Shown: in pieces, positions 52,724-61,219 of the stretch
Position numbering within the stretch: the stretch's first letter is position 1
Layout of the letters: every line of letters starts with the position of its first letter
Source of the DNA: Candidatus Micrarchaeia archaeon
GTDB lineage: Archaea > Micrarchaeota > Micrarchaeia > Norongarragalinales > CAINOH01
NCBI GenBank assembly: GCA_041663565.1
Contig: JBAYMJ010000003.1
Coordinates: 4,188-68,187 of the forward strand
DNA: 64,000 nt
Reading direction: 5' to 3'
Translations under genes and position numbers: made by a program
The notes under the pieces: model-generated
What the model was told of the DNA's origin: nothing
Seen by the model: only the letters and a program-made list of their open reading frames with translations
Databases searched by the model: none

Positions 52724-53401
52724 ATGGAAAAGCAAGAAAAACGAAAACTGGCAAGCACGGTCGTTGCCCGGCTTTCGAAATTCCTGAGAGGAAAGACGTT
52801 CCTTGGCCAGAAGTCGGCCTACGGCCCGTTCGAGGTCCTGGTATCCACCATCATCTCACAGCGCACGCGCGACGAGAACACCGACCTTGCAAGCGCCAAG
52901 CTTTTCGCAAGATACCCCACTGCGAAAGCAATCGCGGCCGCGAAGGCATCGGAAATAGCAAAGCTAATCCGCGCTGCAGGGTTCTACAACCAGAAGGCGA
53001 GGGAAATCAAGCAAGTAAGCAAAATCCTCGTGGAAGAATACGGTGGTGTAGTGCCTAACTCGCGGGAACTGTTGGAGGCGCTTCCAGGAGTGGGGCCCAA
53101 GACCGCGGGGTGCGTGCTCGTGTACGGCTTCGGCATCCCCGCAATCCCGGTTGACACGCACGTTTTCCGGATTTCACACAGGCTTGGGCTTGCTGATGCA
53201 AAGGCAAAGACGCCGGAAGAAACCGAGAAAGGGCTGGAAAAAGTCTTCGACAGGAAGGACTGGCTAGTAGTCAACGAATATTTCGTCCGCCTCGGCCAGA
53301 CGGTGTGCAGGCCGATTGGACCCAAGTGCGGGGAGTGCCCGCTGAAGGACGTTTGCCCCACTGGGAGGAAGAACCTGGCGGCTGAAAACAGGATGGGATG
53401 A
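52724..53401 (+). CDS. nth: Endonuclease III (HhH-GPD DNA glycosylase with a 4Fe-4S cluster)
   Basis: Start trimmed to MEKQEKRKL... It has ISQRTRDENT, LPGVGPKTAGCVL, VDTHVFRISHRLG and CRPIGPKCGECPLKDVC. Confidence 0.85.
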   Translation: MEKQEKRKLASTVVARLSKFLRGKTFLGQKSAYGPFEVLVSTIISQRTRDENTDLASAKLFARYPTAKAIAAAKASEIAKLIRAAGFYNQKAREIKQVSKILVEEYGGVVPNSRELLEALPGVGPKTAGCVLVYGFGIPAIPVDTHVFRISHRLGLADAKAKTPEETEKGLEKVFDRKDWLVVNEYFVRLGQTVCRPIGPKCGECPLKDVCPTGRKNLAAENRMG

Positions 53402-53423
53402 GAGGCAAACCGGCGGCTGAAAA

Positions 53424-54437
53424 TCAGAGCAACCCTGAGCCCTGCAGAATCAGGAACTCGTCAGTTGAGATTTTCTTTCCCGCCTTGAACTTCTCGTAGA
53501 TGGGCTTCGCCGCCTCGGAAATCTTCTGCTGGACGGCGTTCTTTGCGGCATCCTTCTCCGCACGCTCCTTCTCGCGCTCGGCGCGCTCAAGCTCGCGCAG
53601 TTCCTGCTGGTAGCCCTGCTCCTTCTCGCGCACCACGCCAACCGCCTCGGAATACGCCTTGGCGTCGGTTGCGGCTTCCAGGCGCGCCATGTCAAGCTGG
53701 GAGAACGCGTAGGAAATGGACTTGGAGAGCTGCTCGGCTTCCTTGTAGTAGGAGATTAGCTTGTGGTGGTGGCCGTTGGCCTCCTCAAGCGCAGGGTGAA
53801 GCTCCTTGTCAAGCGCCTCAAGAGGCTCCTCGAGAACGCGGATTTCGCTCCGGAGCGCACGGATTGCGCCTGACGCGTTGACTTTCTTCACCGCAAGAGG
53901 GAGCTGCTTCTCAAGCTCGCGGATTTTCTTGGATAGCTCCTTTTCGGCCTTGGCAGAGCGCGCAACAGTCGAAAGCGACCACTCAAGAGAATCAATCTCT
54001 GCCTTGAGCTGCTCGGCATTCGGGCCCGCGGGAATCTTCTGGACCTCGTCAAGAACAGTCGCAAGCTTCGCGCGCGCCTCCTTGATTTTCTCAATCATCT
54101 CGTGGCGCTTTGCGCGCAGGTCCTTGGTCTTTGCGTTCAGCTCGTCGCGGCGCTGCTTCTCCAGCTTTATCTTGGACGAGAGGTCCTTGAACCGGGCGAT
54201 GTTCTGCCTGTTCTGCGTGACCAGCTCGGAGACCTGCTTCTGCGAGAGCTGCCTCTTTTCGCGTATTGCCTCGATGTCCGGCTTTGAAGGAGCCGGAGCA
54301 ACAGTGGGAGTTTCCACAACTGCTTCTGGCACGACCGCTGGCGTTTCCGCTGCTGGCTTTGGCGTTTCGGCAGCCGGCTTTGCTTCCGCTGCTACTGGCG
54401 CAGTGGCATCCGGTGCAACAACGGGTTCTTCGGACAT
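53424..54437 (-). CDS. Archaeal coiled-coil protein (COG1340-like) with a Pro/Ala/Glu-rich N-terminus
   Basis: 337 aa. Long heptad-like Lys/Glu-rich helices and an N-terminal AAETPKPAAETPAVVPEAVVETP repeat. Confidence 0.5.
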   Translation of the reverse strand: MSEEPVVAPDATAPVAAEAKPAAETPKPAAETPAVVPEAVVETPTVAPAPSKPDIEAIREKRQLSQKQVSELVTQNRQNIARFKDLSSKIKLEKQRRDELNAKTKDLRAKRHEMIEKIKEARAKLATVLDEVQKIPAGPNAEQLKAEIDSLEWSLSTVARSAKAEKELSKKIRELEKQLPLAVKKVNASGAIRALRSEIRVLEEPLEALDKELHPALEEANGHHHKLISYYKEAEQLSKSISYAFSQLDMARLEAATDAKAYSEAVGVVREKEQGYQQELRELERAEREKERAEKDAAKNAVQQKISEAAKPIYEKFKAGKKISTDEFLILQGSGLL

Positions 54438-54479
54438 GGGGACACACTTGATAAAAAGTAAATGGAAAAAAAGAAAAAA

Positions 54480-54935
54480 CTAGGCAGTCTGCTGGCTGTT
54501 CGATGGCGCCTGGTGCGTGTTCATCGCACCGGGCTGCTCGAGCTCGATTTCGGCGATGATTTCGTCGATTTCCGCCCGCTGCTTCTCGAGCACCTTCTTG
54601 ATGCGCATTATGCGCTTCTGGTTCAGGTGTATCTCGCGGTACTTGCGTGCAGCCTTGTTGAAGTGCTCTACTGACAGCGTGAAGTACTCCTCGTTGTCCA
54701 TGCTCTGGGCGATGTCCGCTATAATCTGGCCCGCAAGCTCGTTCGCGCCGACCTTGACGTCGCGCTTAATCTGGTGCTCGCGCTTGAGGTTTTCCTTGAT
54801 TATCTTGACTACGCGCGCGTTCGGGAACGGAAGCGACGGCGACTCCGCGTCCTCGACTTCCTCGCCTTCGGCGACCTCGGCTGCGGCTTCCTGCGCGACG
54901 GCGTCTACAGTGGTCATCTCATCTTCAGCGGCCAT
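54480..54935 (-). CDS. Histone-fold (CBF/NF-Y/archaeal histone-like) protein with an acidic N-tail and a helical C-extension
   Basis: Core LPFPNARVVKIIKENLKREHQIKRDVKVGANELAGQIIADIAQSMDNEEYFTLSVEHFNKAARKY follows the histone-fold pattern. It is flanked by ~30 acidic N-terminal residues and a ~55-aa C-terminal extension. Confidence 0.55.
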   Translation of the reverse strand: MAAEDEMTTVDAVAQEAAAEVAEGEEVEDAESPSLPFPNARVVKIIKENLKREHQIKRDVKVGANELAGQIIADIAQSMDNEEYFTLSVEHFNKAARKYREIHLNQKRIMRIKKVLEKQRAEIDEIIAEIELEQPGAMNTHQAPSNSQQTA

Positions 54936-55073
54936 GAAAAATCCCTCTAAAATACCCTAAAAAGTGCACTAAAACTCGCACTGAGTATATGTAGCTTCTA
55001 ATAGTTTTTAAGCTGGAACCAAACCCGCGGTTTACGAGGGAAAACCGAAGGGTTTTTTAGGTGATTTGAGCGC

Positions 55074-55631
55074 CTACAAAGGCGCTGTTTTCCCCGGTTG
55101 CAGGTGCCGACCGTGCATCAGCAAGTTCAGCCCAATGATTGCTTCCGCGTGTTGCCGAAAAGCGACCGCATCAAGATAACCCAACGGCTTGCGTTCGCCC
55201 ATCAGATTTGAAAAGCGGTCCGCGGCCTTGTCGTATAAACCATCCAACCGTTCCCTGCTCTCCGACCACGGCACGCCCTTGTCCAGGTTTTTCATCACCG
55301 CGGAATGAAAGTCGACTATGGGCTTGTTCTGACCCGAAACGCGCCGGCCGGCTTCGGAGCCTGCAGGCATCAACGACAAATGCCCTACTGTCGCGCCCAC
55401 AAAATTCCGTATGTCGGCCTGCTCCGAGAAGGACAGGGGACGCTTGTCCATAACGCCTATGATGTCCTTGAAATGGTGGGACGCCTTAACCCGCGACTCG
55501 TTCAGGGCTTCGTTCTGCCGGCTGCCCAGGGCCGATGCGCCGGCGGCGTGCAAAGCTTCCGACACGTCGGAAAAGTATGCGGGTATGGGCCGGCGTTTGC
55601 CCTGGACGCGTTCTTCCATAGTCAACATCAC
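55074..55631 (-). CDS. Hypothetical protein, 4-nt overlap with the upstream methyltransferase gene
   Basis: 185-aa ORF with no recognised motif. Confidence 0.4.
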   Translation of the reverse strand: MMLTMEERVQGKRRPIPAYFSDVSEALHAAGASALGSRQNEALNESRVKASHHFKDIIGVMDKRPLSFSEQADIRNFVGATVGHLSLMPAGSEAGRRVSGQNKPIVDFHSAVMKNLDKGVPWSESRERLDGLYDKAADRFSNLMGERKPLGYLDAVAFRQHAEAIIGLNLLMHGRHLQPGKTAPL

Positions 55632-56311
55632 ACTGCCATCCTAACCCTTTCCTTTGCCGCCACGATAAATAGCTTGCGCCGAAGGGGGTTGTCGCAGTTG
55701 TCTATCTGCAGCCTCACCGCAAACCCCGCCTTGCGGAACGCCTTGCCCGCGCAGAAGGCCTCGTCCTCGTCCTTTGGGTAGAACTGGATGACTGCGCGGC
55801 CCGACGGTTTCAGGACGCGCGCAAACTCCCTTGCCGACTTGTAATACTCCTCAAAAGCGTCTTTTTGGGACTTGCCTGCGCCAAGCCACTGGAGGGCGGA
55901 GATTGAGATTGCGGCATCGAAGGACTTGTCCTCGAAGGGAATTTTGGTGAGGTTCCCGACCTTTGCGTCCACGCCTGCCTTTTCCGCTGCAGCGACCATT
56001 TTTGCGTCAAGGTCAAAGCCTGCGACCTTGAAGCTGACTTCCTTTGCAACCAGGCTTGAAAAGCCGGAGCCGCACCCCGCATCGAGGAGTTTTGCAGGAG
56101 GGGAGACCGCCAGAAGCTCAAGCGCCCGCAGGGTGATTTTCCCCTGTATGTTCCGGATGGCATTCTTGTCGCGGTGGCTGTCCCCTTCGCCGCTTGCGTA
56201 GAAGTCCTCTGCAGAGCTGGCGTCCTCGGGCCGTTCGTGGCGCTTGGTGCGCGTACGAAAAAGCACGGGGCTTTTGGCCGGCCTGCGACCCTTGCGGGAG
56301 TTGGTTTGCAT
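55628..56311 (-). CDS. Bud23/WBSCR22-like SAM-dependent methyltransferase
   Basis: NIQGKITLRALELL...LLDAGCGSGFSS...IPFEDKSFDAAISISALQWL parallels eukaryotic Bud23 (HIQAKMTLRALELL...ILDIGCGSGLSG...IPFRAGSFDAAISISAIQWL). Confidence 0.65.
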   Translation of the reverse strand: MQTNSRKGRRPAKSPVLFRTRTKRHERPEDASSAEDFYASGEGDSHRDKNAIRNIQGKITLRALELLAVSPPAKLLDAGCGSGFSSLVAKEVSFKVAGFDLDAKMVAAAEKAGVDAKVGNLTKIPFEDKSFDAAISISALQWLGAGKSQKDAFEEYYKSAREFARVLKPSGRAVIQFYPKDEDEAFCAGKAFRKAGFAVRLQIDNCDNPLRRKLFIVAAKERVRMAV

Positions 56312-56409
56312 ATCAAAACAAAGGCGTATCTTGGTTTTATAAGCCCCGGCATTTCAAAAAATAAGTGCCGCAAAACGGCAATGGCAGTAAATGCTTTTTT
56401 TGAAAACAG

Positions 56410-56703
56410 GTGATAAGAATGAAGATTTCAGAACTCAGCCCGGGAACAGGCAACGTGGACCTCGACGCAGAGGTAGTGGACATCGAGGCGCCCCGCGAAA
56501 TCGACAAGATGGGACGCAAGCTCCGCGTGGCAAACGTGACCATCAAGGACGACTCGGGAACCATCACGCTCGTGCTCTGGAACGAGAAGATTGACGAGGT
56601 AGCGGTTGGCAACAAGATAAAAATCACCAAGGGCTACGTCAACACCTGGCAGGACAAGTCACAGCTCACACTTGGCAAGTTCGGCACGATGGAAGTAGTC
56701 TAG
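56410..56703 (+). CDS. Small OB-fold protein (SSB/RPA-like single OB domain); ATG at 56419
   Basis: MKISELSPGTGNVDLDAEVVDIEAPREI...VANVTIKDDSGTITLVLWNEKID...KITKGYVNTWQDKSQLTLGKFG. This is the typical pattern of stand-alone archaeal OB-fold ssDNA-binding proteins. Confidence 0.6.
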   Translation: MIRMKISELSPGTGNVDLDAEVVDIEAPREIDKMGRKLRVANVTIKDDSGTITLVLWNEKIDEVAVGNKIKITKGYVNTWQDKSQLTLGKFGTMEVV

Positions 56704-56783
56704 GAATAATTCGTTTTGGGAAGGCGGATTTAGCCGCCAAACCCCAAATTCTCTTTTTTCAATAAAAAAAAGGCATACTTTGC

Positions 56784-58772
56784 TTAGCCTGCGCCTCCAC
56801 CGCCGCCCCCTCCTCCGCCACCGCCGCCACCGGATGCGGAGCCGGACACCGAAGCCGATGAGGCCGCGCTGAAGCTTGAGGAGAACGAGTGGGAGAACGA
56901 AGACGACATCGCGACGTACGCAAACCCGTGGTAGCGAACCGGCACGACCTTGAGCTTTGACATCGCGGCCTCCACTTTGTCCGCGTTGCCAAAGACAGTT
57001 GCGTAGACAAGGTACTGCTCCCAGAGCGTGATTTCGGTCGGCAGCTTCTGCCGGAAGTTGTCCATCTCGTCAAGGAACCTCTTCAGCCCCATCCACTCCA
57101 CGTGGACCTTTTCCCCTTCCTCGGAAAATCGCGGGAGGGCGAATGGCTTGGCGTAGTCGTAAATTATGATTGCCAAGGCAACTAGACCGACGACAAGTAA
57201 CAACAACAGGCCATAGACCATCGTGGAGAAGGTGGATATGAATGCAGCAAGCAAAAGCAGGACTAGGTTCGCCCCAAACGCCCACCGTTGGCGAACTGAC
57301 CCTGACTTCTCCTTTGCTTTGGGGGTCGCCCACGCCAGGGCAGCTGCGCTTGCACCGGTGAGAATGCAGAGGATGGATGCTACCGTGTCCCACGCCTGCC
57401 CGTTCACGTAGAACACCGAGAGGAATGCAAACGCGGTGCTGGCCGCAAGGACGATGGATGAAAGCCAGTAGAACTTGCGCGAGCCAGTAAGGTCGAAGTA
57501 CTTTGCGCAGAGTCCGTCCTCCCCTTCGGTGTACTGGGCTGCAAGAGCGTTCCACTTTTGCAGCATTGACTCGGCGTCGTGCGCGTGCACCTGGGCGACC
57601 TGGCTGAGCGTGATGCCTTCGGACGCGATGTCTGCGCGCGCCTTGCCGAAGATGCCCTCAAGGAGGCCGGCCGGGGCGGGCTTGAAGAGTTCGGCCATCA
57701 GCAGCTCCTCGAAGTCGTCCAGCTTGCCTGTCCATTTTGCCTTCTTGAGCCGGTACTCGTCGCCGAATGAAAGGAATCCGGTCTTGCGTTCCTTGGTGAT
57801 TGTTATGAAACCACGGCGCGAAAGGTCAAGCACCGTTGCCACCATGCTCTTGTCAGTCACGTAGTGCGTGACTGCGTACTCGACCTGCCAGGGCTTGAGT
57901 TCCTTTTCCGGGATGTCCTGCGAAGCGGTTATGTGGAGGCGCTTCTTCTCAACGCCATAAGTGTAGTATGCGTACGCATAGCACAATACCAGTGCGATGC
58001 AGGAAAGGGCGGCAAAAGGAAGCGCCAATGAAGAGATGAGGTCGCGCGCTTCCGCGTTCTGCTTGGAGACTGTTGCGAAGTTCTCCTCCTCGTTGTTGAT
58101 TGCCTTTACCCCGCTTCCTGATTTCCCGACTACGTTTCCAACGGAAGCGGACGCGTCGAGGGTTTCCTTGTTGAACAGCACGCGGAACTCCAGGAACGTG
58201 CGTTTTGGGATGCCCCGCGCTGAAAACAGGAGGGTGTCGCCTTCAAGCGAATAGTTCGCGTCAAGGTAGGGGTGCAGCCACACCTTGGAGCCGTTGTAGA
58301 GCGCCTTCGGGAAATGCACCGCCCCGGAGAGCTTCTGCACCGGCGCATCCCACTGGGAATCCCACGCTTTCCAGTAGAACTCAAGCGCGTCGTCGTAGGA
58401 ATTGATTGCGTTTTTCAGGCTGTAGGTTATCACGAAGGTCTTCTTTTCGTTCGATGCGGAAAACGCCCATTTGTAGCGGATTGCAGAGCCCTCGGTTGAT
58501 GCCGATGCCGACACTGGGACCAGCGAACCGTCGGCAAGCTTTTCGAAAACCCGCACGTTGTCATACTCCCACGAACCGGACTCCAAGTCACGGTATGCAA
58601 AGGAGTAGCTTCCTGAAAAGTCGAAGGTCAGGTTTTCCTGCACGAAAACCGTGCCGTCGGAACCGACGACGTAGCCCACAGAGACGTCCGAAAAGGAATA
58701 GCTCTTTGCCGACGCAAAGCACAGCGCAAATGCTAGGAAGAAAACTGCGCAGGGCAAAAACCGCTTGTCCAA
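56784..58772 (-). CDS. DUF2207-family membrane protein with a poly-glycine C-terminus
   Basis: Signal/TM N-terminus, large ectodomain, several TM helices. C-terminal SGSASGGGGGGGGGGGGGAG. Paired with LemA upstream. Confidence 0.7.
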   Translation of the reverse strand: MDKRFLPCAVFFLAFALCFASAKSYSFSDVSVGYVVGSDGTVFVQENLTFDFSGSYSFAYRDLESGSWEYDNVRVFEKLADGSLVPVSASASTEGSAIRYKWAFSASNEKKTFVITYSLKNAINSYDDALEFYWKAWDSQWDAPVQKLSGAVHFPKALYNGSKVWLHPYLDANYSLEGDTLLFSARGIPKRTFLEFRVLFNKETLDASASVGNVVGKSGSGVKAINNEEENFATVSKQNAEARDLISSLALPFAALSCIALVLCYAYAYYTYGVEKKRLHITASQDIPEKELKPWQVEYAVTHYVTDKSMVATVLDLSRRGFITITKERKTGFLSFGDEYRLKKAKWTGKLDDFEELLMAELFKPAPAGLLEGIFGKARADIASEGITLSQVAQVHAHDAESMLQKWNALAAQYTEGEDGLCAKYFDLTGSRKFYWLSSIVLAASTAFAFLSVFYVNGQAWDTVASILCILTGASAAALAWATPKAKEKSGSVRQRWAFGANLVLLLLAAFISTFSTMVYGLLLLLVVGLVALAIIIYDYAKPFALPRFSEEGEKVHVEWMGLKRFLDEMDNFRQKLPTEITLWEQYLVYATVFGNADKVEAAMSKLKVVPVRYHGFAYVAMSSSFSHSFSSSFSAASSASVSGSASGGGGGGGGGGGGGAG

Positions 58773-58803
58773 GTATAGTGCAACTCCGTTTGTCAGTACG
58801 TCC

Positions 58804-59355
58804 CTATAGCTTTACTTTTATTCCCGGCCTCGCCGCTTCCTCGGCCTGGAAGTAATCACGCTTGGAAAAACGCAGCAGCGTTGCGACGACGTTCGAGGGG
58901 AATGACTCCACAAAAGTATTGTACTCAAGCACCGCGTCGTTGTAGAACTGGCGCGCAAAGGCAATCTTGCCCTCGGTCTTTGCAAGCTCGTTCTGGAGCG
59001 AGAGGAAGCTCTCGTTCGAGCGCATCTTGGGATAGGCTTCTGCAACCGCAAACAGCCCCTTGACTGCGCTGTCCATCATCGCGTCCGCATCGGCCTTCTC
59101 GGAAACACCCTTGGCGGATTCGAACGCGGTGCGGGCCCTTGCAACCGAAAGGAACAGCGTCTTTTCCTGCTTTGCAACCGCCTTGACTACCGAGACGAGG
59201 TTCGGGATTAGGTCGTACCTGCGCTTGAGCTGGACGTCAATCTGCGCCCACGTGTTGTCCATCTTGTTGCGCATGCGCACGAACGAGTTGTAGTAGTGCG
59301 CAAGAATGGCGATGGCAAGCACTGCAAGTACCAGAAGGATTGTGAAGACGTCCAT
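58804..59355 (-). CDS. lemA: LemA family protein
   Basis: N-terminal TM, then YNSFVRMRNKMDNTWAQIDVQLKRRYDLIPNLV...ARQFYNDAVLEYN. Confidence 0.85.
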   Translation of the reverse strand: MDVFTILLVLAVLAIAILAHYYNSFVRMRNKMDNTWAQIDVQLKRRYDLIPNLVSVVKAVAKQEKTLFLSVARARTAFESAKGVSEKADADAMMDSAVKGLFAVAEAYPKMRSNESFLSLQNELAKTEGKIAFARQFYNDAVLEYNTFVESFPSNVVATLLRFSKRDYFQAEEAARPGIKVKL

Positions 59356-59471
59356 TGTTTTCTACCCCGAAAAATTTTGTTGCCGGATGCTCAAAAGCAT
59401 ATTGTTTGCAGAGGCAAAAAGGAGTAAAGAAAGGCGGGTTTTGCACAACGCCTGCCCGCGCAAGGCTGCTG

Positions 59472-60197
59472 CTATTTTGGCCGCAAAGCGCGGATTCTCT
59501 TCCTGGTCTTGTCGTCAAGCTTCTCCATAGCATACGACAAGCTAATCGCCGGCATGTCGGCGTGCTTTTCAAGGAAACTGATGAGTCGCTTCTCGTCGAA
59601 CTTCCCGGCCTGCCTCAGCGCCCAGCCGTTTGCCTTGCGCACCAGGTCGTCGGAATCGTAAAGCATCGCCGAGACGTTTGAATAAACCAAGTCGATGAAC
59701 AGCCCGCGACGCACTTGGACAACAAGACACACCACCGAAGCGCGCTTTACCCAGCGGTTCCTTGATTTCGCCCACGTGCGGAGCTTTTGCGCCTGCTTGG
59801 GATAGCGTTCGTAGAGCTTTCCCATAATCGAGCAGAGGCCGTCGCAGCACGCCCAGTTGTCCACGTAAGAAGGGATGATTGACTCAAAGAACGCCAAGTC
59901 ATTTTCCCCGAAATTCTTCTGCATCCTCGCAAGCAGTATGTTCGCGCAGAACTGCTCCTCAAGGATTCCCGTAGAGTAGAGCTCCTTTGCAGCTGCCTTG
60001 GTGCCTTCCGGGGTTATGGGCATTCCAGCGGCCTTTGCCTTCACTACTGCATCCGCAACTGCCCGCGTGCAACCCGGTATGGGAACGCCAAGCGGCCTCA
60101 CCGGCTCGGTGAAGAAGCGGCGGTTCTTTTCCGCAAATTTCGGGTCTGCTACCTTCCGCAGGTATGCTCGGACATTTTTTGCGACTTCGGATGCCAT
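59472..60197 (-). CDS. DNA alkylation repair protein (AlkD-like HEAT-repeat family)
   Basis: 241 aa. ...ADPKFAEKNRRFF...LGVPIPG...WVKRASVVCL...VRKANGWALR pattern. Confidence 0.65.
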   Translation of the reverse strand: MASEVAKNVRAYLRKVADPKFAEKNRRFFTEPVRPLGVPIPGCTRAVADAVVKAKAAGMPITPEGTKAAAKELYSTGILEEQFCANILLARMQKNFGENDLAFFESIIPSYVDNWACCDGLCSIMGKLYERYPKQAQKLRTWAKSRNRWVKRASVVCLVVQVRRGLFIDLVYSNVSAMLYDSDDLVRKANGWALRQAGKFDEKRLISFLEKHADMPAISLSYAMEKLDDKTRKRIRALRPK

Positions 60198-60325
60198 TAT
60201 TGCTCAATCTCCCAAAAAAACAACCGTTGGAAAGTATTTAATGCTTTGAACAGCCCAAAAGATAGACCGGAGAAAGCTTTCTGCCGGCGGACTTTTTTAT
60301 CATCCACCAGAGGTGCAACTTTTCA

Positions 60326-60517
60326 ATGCCATCCGCAACCGTGAAGTTCAAGGACATGACCAAGTACGAAGTCGCAAGGGTAGTCGGCGCGCGCGCCCTG
60401 CAGCTTGCGATGGGAGCGCCCTGCCTTGTCAAGAACAACCTCAACACCATCAACTCGCTCGTGCTTGCAAAGCTCGAGTTTGAGAAGAACGCAATCCCGC
60501 TCTCAGTGCTCCGATAA
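60326..60517 (+). CDS. rpoK: DNA-directed RNA polymerase subunit K (Rpo6)
   Basis: MTKYEVARVVGARALQLAMGAPCLV...LAKLEFEKNAIPLSVLR. Confidence 0.8.
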   Translation: MPSATVKFKDMTKYEVARVVGARALQLAMGAPCLVKNNLNTINSLVLAKLEFEKNAIPLSVLR

Positions 60518-60583
60518 GGACGCCGCGTGCAAATTAACAAGAAACTGATTCTTGGTGGCAAAACGCTTTTTGCCGCCCAACTT

Positions 60584-61210
60584 TTAATTTTCCTCAAAAA
60601 TAGGCGTCAGCAGGAGCCGGCTCTCGCCTATTGAGAGCCGCAGCGACCCAGTGACCTTGCACGCTGCCGAGGGCAGGGCGCTTTGGAGCTGCACCCCGCT
60701 TTTCACGGACGGGTCGGGAACTATGTTCTCAAAGCCGAACACGAGCGGGATTGCAAAGACTTCGTCTATGCCGCCTGCCGAGCGCGAACGCATCAGAAGC
60801 AGCGCGACGTCGTATTGCGTTGGCAGCGAGTTGATGTCGATTGCGTAGAAGGACACGGACTGCGTCAGGGGCTTTTTCACAAGCGAGATTGCGCGTTCAG
60901 CTGCCCGCTCGTCGGAAAAGAACCTGTAGAGCCTCCCGCCGTCTGCCGATGCCGGGTGCTTCTGCAAAAACGCGTGCATCAGCGCGGATATCATGACGGA
61001 AAGCGAGTGCGAGTAGGAGTGGGGCGAGAACGTCACGCCGGAGGGCGTCGCCTTCTGCGCGCGCTTCCACAGCCTGTGCGAGGTCGCCTTAGCGTGCCGG
61101 CCCAGGATTGCCATGTCCGCCTTTGCAGGCCAGAGGATCACGCGCTCGGACGGCACTTCGTCTTTCGGGCCTTGGAAGGAGACCTTGAATGCGAACAGCT
61201 TTCTTGGCAT
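60584..61210 (-). CDS. Hypothetical protein downstream of the ABC transporter genes
   Basis: 208-aa ORF with no recognised motif. Confidence 0.4.
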   Translation of the reverse strand: MPRKLFAFKVSFQGPKDEVPSERVILWPAKADMAILGRHAKATSHRLWKRAQKATPSGVTFSPHSYSHSLSVMISALMHAFLQKHPASADGGRLYRFFSDERAAERAISLVKKPLTQSVSFYAIDINSLPTQYDVALLLMRSRSAGGIDEVFAIPLVFGFENIVPDPSVKSGVQLQSALPSAACKVTGSLRLSIGESRLLLTPIFEEN

Positions 61211-61219
61211 AACGTCTTT

